In this document: piece after piece, positions 59,840 through 64,000 of the stretch | Layout: every line of letters starts with the position of its first letter | Numbering within the stretch: position 1 is the stretch's first letter | Origin: an uncultured Gammaproteobacteria bacterium | GTDB lineage: Bacteria > Patescibacteriota > Patescibacteriia > SBBC01 > CAIJZX01 | Direction: 5' to 3' | Length of the DNA: 64,000 nt | NCBI GenBank assembly: GCA_964518425.1 | Contig: CAZFGG010000002.1 | Span: forward strand, 8,453-72,452 | The notes under the pieces: generated by a model | What the model was told of the DNA's origin: nothing | Databases searched by the model: none | What the model saw: only the letters and a program-made list of their open reading frames with translations | Made by a program: the position numbers and the translations under genes

Positions 59840-61333
59840 TTATCCCCGCTTGGATTGACGAGTAAGTTTTCTAAACTTAGTCGCCAGTGTTATCGGTAAC
59901 CCGGCCGAGGGCATCCGCCAACTCCAGTTTCCTCTCACTCGGCCCGGCCGGTTCAAACGAGCGGCTTTTCCTTGGCCCAGAATATCTTGGGCCGGAACCA
60001 TCGCGACCTTGGCCCGGCTATGGTAGGCCACGCTGATGATTTGCCAATGAATTGGCCCGGGCAAACGGCCGGTCCAGTCGCGGAAATGTTTTCGTTCATA
60101 CCATTTCGCTTGGTGCCACCAGGCAATAATCGTTTTGGTGTCATGCGTGGAGGTGAAATACAAGCAATTCGTGGGCACGTATTGAAGATGGTGCATGTTG
60201 TCAGGCAAGCCCGACCAGCCAAATTGGAGCAAGCGGATTCCCGGAAAGCCGTAGTGATGGCGGAGATACTCGGCGTCAGGTTCGGGATGACCGATGTCTT
60301 CGGCGACGATGCGTAATCGGGGGAGATGTCGCACCAGGGTGCGTAAGAGTTGATGCCCTGGCGTTTTGACCCAAGTGCCGCGTCGGCCATCAGGAGCGTT
60401 GGCGGGGATATGATACGTTTCGGCAAAACCCTGGAAATGATCAAGGCGGACAACGTCAACGCGCCGATTGAGTTGGCCTAATCGTTCCCGCCACCAGGAA
60501 AAATGTTCTCGACGATGAGTTGACCAGCGGTAGACCGGATTGCCCCAGCGTTGTCCTGTCCGACTGAAGTCATCAGCCGGCACACCCGACACAACACGTG
60601 GTCGGCCGCGACGATCGAGTTCGAAAAGTCGCGGTCGGCTCCAGACTTCAACGCTATCGTCTTGAACGTAGAATGGAAGATCACCGATGAGATCGATCCT
60701 CCGACGATGGGCGTAGTCATGCAATCGCTGCCATTGCTGGGTGAAAAGCCACTGCGCGTAGGCATGGATATCCATTTGGCGACGCAATCGCCAGTCGAGA
60801 TGCTGCCGTGCCCGAACCGGACTACGCCATTCCGACGGCCATGTCCACCAGGCTTGGTGACGACGGCGGTCTTTGAGCGCTTGGTAGAGCGTAAAGTCAG
60901 TCAACCAGTTGGCGTTGTCCTGACGGAATCGGACCAGGCTGCGGTGCTGATCGGCGAATCCATGCTGGTGAAAATATTTCCAGGAGCGGCGGATCATTTG
61001 CCATTTGACGCGGGCGGCTTGGCGATAGATGACCTTGGCAGTCATGGAACGAATAGGTCGTTCCTTCGGCGACAGGAGATGGGTACGGATAAGTTCGTGT
61101 TGACTAACGTACATCCAGTTTCCAGCCATGCTTGATGGCGAGGCATAGGGCGAACCATGGCTATCGGGCAAAGACAACGGCAAAATCTGCCAGTACCGTT
61201 GACCAGCCCGAACTAACCAATCAACGAAGGTATAGGCGGCTGGCCCCAGATCACCGATTGGCCCAGGACTCGGCAAGGCGCTGATCGGGAGGAGAACACC
61301 GGCCGCCCGCCGGGGTAAAACAGATCGCGGCAT
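59840..61333 (-). CDS. malQ: 4-alpha-glucanotransferase (GH77 amylomaltase)
   Basis: WQILPL, SPY, GDLP, WGNP, RLDH, AEDIG, THD; start at ATG 61333. Confidence 0.92.
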   Translation of the reverse strand: MPRSVLPRRAAGVLLPISALPSPGPIGDLGPAAYTFVDWLVRAGQRYWQILPLSLPDSHGSPYASPSSMAGNWMYVSQHELIRTHLLSPKERPIRSMTAKVIYRQAARVKWQMIRRSWKYFHQHGFADQHRSLVRFRQDNANWLTDFTLYQALKDRRRHQAWWTWPSEWRSPVRARQHLDWRLRRQMDIHAYAQWLFTQQWQRLHDYAHRRRIDLIGDLPFYVQDDSVEVWSRPRLFELDRRGRPRVVSGVPADDFSRTGQRWGNPVYRWSTHRREHFSWWRERLGQLNRRVDVVRLDHFQGFAETYHIPANAPDGRRGTWVKTPGHQLLRTLVRHLPRLRIVAEDIGHPEPDAEYLRHHYGFPGIRLLQFGWSGLPDNMHHLQYVPTNCLYFTSTHDTKTIIAWWHQAKWYERKHFRDWTGRLPGPIHWQIISVAYHSRAKVAMVPAQDILGQGKAARLNRPGRVRGNWSWRMPSAGLPITLATKFRKLTRQSKRG

Positions 61334-61334
61334 G

Positions 61335-62093
61335 TTAGAATTTCTTGACCGTTTCAACGTATCGACAGAAGGGGCAATCTGGAGCCGGCACCGGCAAAGG
61401 ATGTTCCAGAATATCAATCGCCCGATCTACTGCCGGCCGGACCCGAGCCGGGTCAGTCGTCAGGGTTTTGACGGTAACCTCCATGGGAAAACCAGCGTGG
61501 AGTTCTTTTCCCTCCGCCGGATAGAAGTAAATCAGGTACCCTTGGCCGCTCGACGGTTTGCCATTGTGGTCGAGCAAAAAAGCGTAACTGTCGAGCTGAA
61601 ATTGGTAGGCTGGGATAAGCTCACGTTGTTTCGGATCGGACGAAGCAGTTTTATGATCAACCGGCGAGTATTTTCCATCAGGACCGATAAGGCATTCATC
61701 GAGTTTTCCTAAGAAACCATATTTTTCATTGATCGTCACAAAATATTTCTCTTGAAAGGGTGATTCAAGGTGGCCATGGATTTGGCCGGCTACTAAAGGC
61801 GGCAGATCCGGTGTTCCTCGATAGAGATCAAAATACCGTTTGATGACGCCATCAAACCGGTTGGCTAAACGCGAGACAATTCCTTCCGGTTGGTAGATTT
61901 TCAAATTGACTTGCAACCAAAAGCATCGCGGACAACGCTTCGAGGTCTCAATGGCGGTCGCCGACAGCCACGTTTTCTTTCCGGGGGCTTTTGGCAGCGG
62001 CTGAGGAGAGACAGTCTGACGACGTCGGGACGGTTTTTCAGGAGAACCAAAGAGTGTGCTCTGTTTTGGAGAACGAGTTCGCTTAGTAGCCAT
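61335..62093 (-). CDS. PD-(D/E)XK nuclease, RecB/Cas4-like
   Basis: CPRC, GKLD, VDHKT, QLDSY, CPFC. Confidence 0.82.
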   Translation of the reverse strand: MATKRTRSPKQSTLFGSPEKPSRRRQTVSPQPLPKAPGKKTWLSATAIETSKRCPRCFWLQVNLKIYQPEGIVSRLANRFDGVIKRYFDLYRGTPDLPPLVAGQIHGHLESPFQEKYFVTINEKYGFLGKLDECLIGPDGKYSPVDHKTASSDPKQRELIPAYQFQLDSYAFLLDHNGKPSSGQGYLIYFYPAEGKELHAGFPMEVTVKTLTTDPARVRPAVDRAIDILEHPLPVPAPDCPFCRYVETVKKF

Positions 62094-62140
62094 GCTCGTA
62101 GTTTAGCACACCGTGTCAGAGCCCCAAGACAGAGCCGGCC

Positions 62141-62467
62141 CTAGGCCCCATGATGGTCGATCTGGTCAAACGGAACGGTCGTTTTTAGGTTGGCGTTTGG
62201 TTCGTCAAAGACTGGCCGGTAGTACATCAGGTCAACATTGTGTTCACTCAGGACATCGTGAATACCATCGCGCAAGTGGCGTGGAACGGCAGTAATGTAT
62301 CCGCGAATCACGCAGTCTTCGTCGATCTCTGATTTCCCTAGTTTTCTGGCCTGATCTTCGGCCGCTGGGACAGTCCACTGACGGACGTACTTCTTGTACT
62401 GCTCTGGCGTGTCGGCCAAAAGCTGCTGGAACAACTCTTTCAATTCTGGCGGCCAGCGCATTGCCAT
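62141..62467 (-). CDS. Small helical protein, DUF2621-like
   Basis: W...KE....L...P, VIRGYI.A.P pattern. Confidence 0.55.
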   Translation of the reverse strand: MAMRWPPELKELFQQLLADTPEQYKKYVRQWTVPAAEDQARKLGKSEIDEDCVIRGYITAVPRHLRDGIHDVLSEHNVDLMYYRPVFDEPNANLKTTVPFDQIDHHGA

Positions 62468-62468
62468 A

Positions 62469-63149
62469 TTAGCTGGCTGGTTCAATCGTCACTGTCTGCA
62501 TAGTATCACCTTGGACGATGGACTTCACAACATCGAGACCTTGGGTGACGTGACCAAAAATGGAATAGCTTTTGGCTAACTTTTGCGTATCGTCAGCGTT
62601 ACAGATGAAGAACTGTGAGCCATTGGTATTTGGGCCAGCATTCGCCATGGCCACCGTCCCTTCGGTGTACTCGCCGGTGACCGTTTCATCAGGAAATTGA
62701 TATCCTGGACCGCCCGATCCGGTCCCGGTCGGATCACCGCCTTGAATAACGAAGTCCGGCAGAACTCGATGCCACTTCAACCCATCGAAGTAGCCTTGCT
62801 CGGCAAGGTAGACAAAATTACTAACCGCTAACGGGGACTGGGCGTCGTCAAGGGTAAAGACAATTGTCCCTTTGTTCGTCACGATTCGGGCTTGTTTATT
62901 ATGAATTTTTTCGGCGGCGAGTTTGCCGGGGAAAGACAGTTTTGAGGTGTTGGTCACGACGGTAGAATTAGTGATTGAGGTATTCGTATGTGATGACGTA
63001 TTGGTGTTGCCGGAAACTGCTGAGGTCAGGGTATTGAGGTTGATCTTGGCCCCGGGTAATTTGTACCGCGTTGCGGCTAGGATGCCAGCCGTCACGACCA
63101 TGGCGGCCAGAACAATAACGGGAACAGGAGGGATTCGGCGAGAGCTCAT
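62469..63149 (-). CDS. Membrane-anchored cyclophilin-type peptidyl-prolyl isomerase
   Basis: HRV..FVIQGGDP, MANAGPNTNGSQFFI; N-terminal TM and Thr/Asn linker. Confidence 0.93.
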   Translation of the reverse strand: MSSRRIPPVPVIVLAAMVVTAGILAATRYKLPGAKINLNTLTSAVSGNTNTSSHTNTSITNSTVVTNTSKLSFPGKLAAEKIHNKQARIVTNKGTIVFTLDDAQSPLAVSNFVYLAEQGYFDGLKWHRVLPDFVIQGGDPTGTGSGGPGYQFPDETVTGEYTEGTVAMANAGPNTNGSQFFICNADDTQKLAKSYSIFGHVTQGLDVVKSIVQGDTMQTVTIEPAS

Positions 63150-63164
63150 CGAGACATTTCCTTA

Positions 63165-63761
63165 TTAATTAAGAGTGGTTGGGGTGGTGGGGATAGTTTG
63201 ATCGAAATGAAAGGAGGTGACAAGGGTCGTGAATGTTTGATCATCGAGGGTCGGCGACTGGGCGACAACATAATATGCACCACTTCGATTCTTCACCGCT
63301 AGCCAGACTTCATTGTGCGCTTCGGTCAGCCAGGCCGGAAGTTCGTTATCAGCTACGGTCGACGCCTGGTGGAACCATTGAGCTGTCTGGCCATCAATGG
63401 TTGAGGTAGTTTGTGATGGGGTGCTTGGCAGCGTTGAAGCTTCCGAGATAACAACGTGAACGGTTGAGGGGTCGTTCGAGTGGGCCGTCGGCGTGTAGAA
63501 GACAATAGCCTTTGGTCCACTGATATATTGGGCGGCCCAAGTATCGGGGGTGGTCAAGCGGAATGTTAAGCTCGGATCGCGATCCGGTAGATCGGCCGTC
63601 GAAAACGGAATAGTCCCGGTGGTGGTTGACTGATTCCGATTGGCATTGGAAAGATTAAGCTTCGTCGTGGGTGCGGTGGCTTTCGGTGGTCGCATAAACC
63701 AAGCGGCCATCGCCGCCAAACCGACAATCAGGACGAGCCAAACTATCTGACGTTTGATCAT
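63165..63761 (-). CDS. Hypothetical membrane-anchored protein
   Basis: N-terminal TM, Thr-rich linker. Confidence 0.65.
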   Translation of the reverse strand: MIKRQIVWLVLIVGLAAMAAWFMRPPKATAPTTKLNLSNANRNQSTTTGTIPFSTADLPDRDPSLTFRLTTPDTWAAQYISGPKAIVFYTPTAHSNDPSTVHVVISEASTLPSTPSQTTSTIDGQTAQWFHQASTVADNELPAWLTEAHNEVWLAVKNRSGAYYVVAQSPTLDDQTFTTLVTSFHFDQTIPTTPTTLN

Positions 63762-63834
63762 GCTTGTAGTATAGCGCCTTTTTGTTCCTTCAGCACGGGT
63801 GGCGTAACGCCTTGGAATTGACTATGATGAACAC

Positions 63835-64000
63835 ATGTCCGATCCTATGACTGGCAGTCCGCTGTTCACTGCGGTCCCCGACCAACGGCGTTATCCCTCG
63901 CTGTCCGGCCATCACCAGGCTGAGATTGTCGTCGTTGGCGGCGGCATCGTCGGCGTGATGACCGCTTGGCGGCTAGCCCAACATGGTCGGTCGGTCAGCC
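63835..64000 (+). CDS. FAD-dependent oxidoreductase (DAO family), N-terminal part
   Basis: Not in the ORF track. Manual translation MSDPMTGSPLF...IVVVGGGIVGVMTAWRLAQHG (GxGxxG). Confidence 0.8.
   Translation, partial: MSDPMTGSPLFTAVPDQRRYPSLSGHHQAEIVVVGGGIVGVMTAWRLAQHGRSVS

Noticed and set aside
61335-62093. CRISPR-Cas locus
   Set aside because: No repeat-spacer array or other cas genes seen in the window
1-64000. Alternative genetic code (UGA=Gly as in Gracilibacteria/Absconditabacteria)
   Set aside because: Conserved genes are full length under code 11 and often end in TGA with ATGA overlaps

Overview
Gene-dense bacterial chromosome segment read with the standard code (TGA is a stop; many ATGA overlaps). 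The gene set (ftsW-murD-mraY, pilB-pilC-pilMNO with no pilQ in the window, rpmA/pyrG/rplI/S41 protease, PEGA protein, PGI/PMI, malQ, deoxynucleoside kinase, several GT-C membrane glycosyltransferases) suggests a Patescibacteria/CPR genome; this is inference, not proof. About 27 kb (21.3-48 kb) is a surface-glycan locus. Most notable: (1) a self-contained three-gene island at 53.7-57.3 kb encoding secreted proteins that look foreign (a T9SS/FlgD-type C-terminal domain protein, a fibre-like protein, and a phosphodiester glycosidase-FN3 protein), with its own promoter, structured leader, strong Shine-Dalgarno sites and terminator; (2) a ~170-nt rod-shaped RNA with its own promoter at 52.45-52.62 kb, possibly a divergent 6S RNA; (3) seven genes with a -10 box exactly 6 nt before the start codon, suggesting leaderless mRNAs; (4) an HtrA-like protein apparently missing its whole catalytic triad. 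No tRNA, rRNA, CRISPR array, integrase, transposase or reverse transcriptase was seen. All family assignments come from motif recognition by eye; no searches were run.
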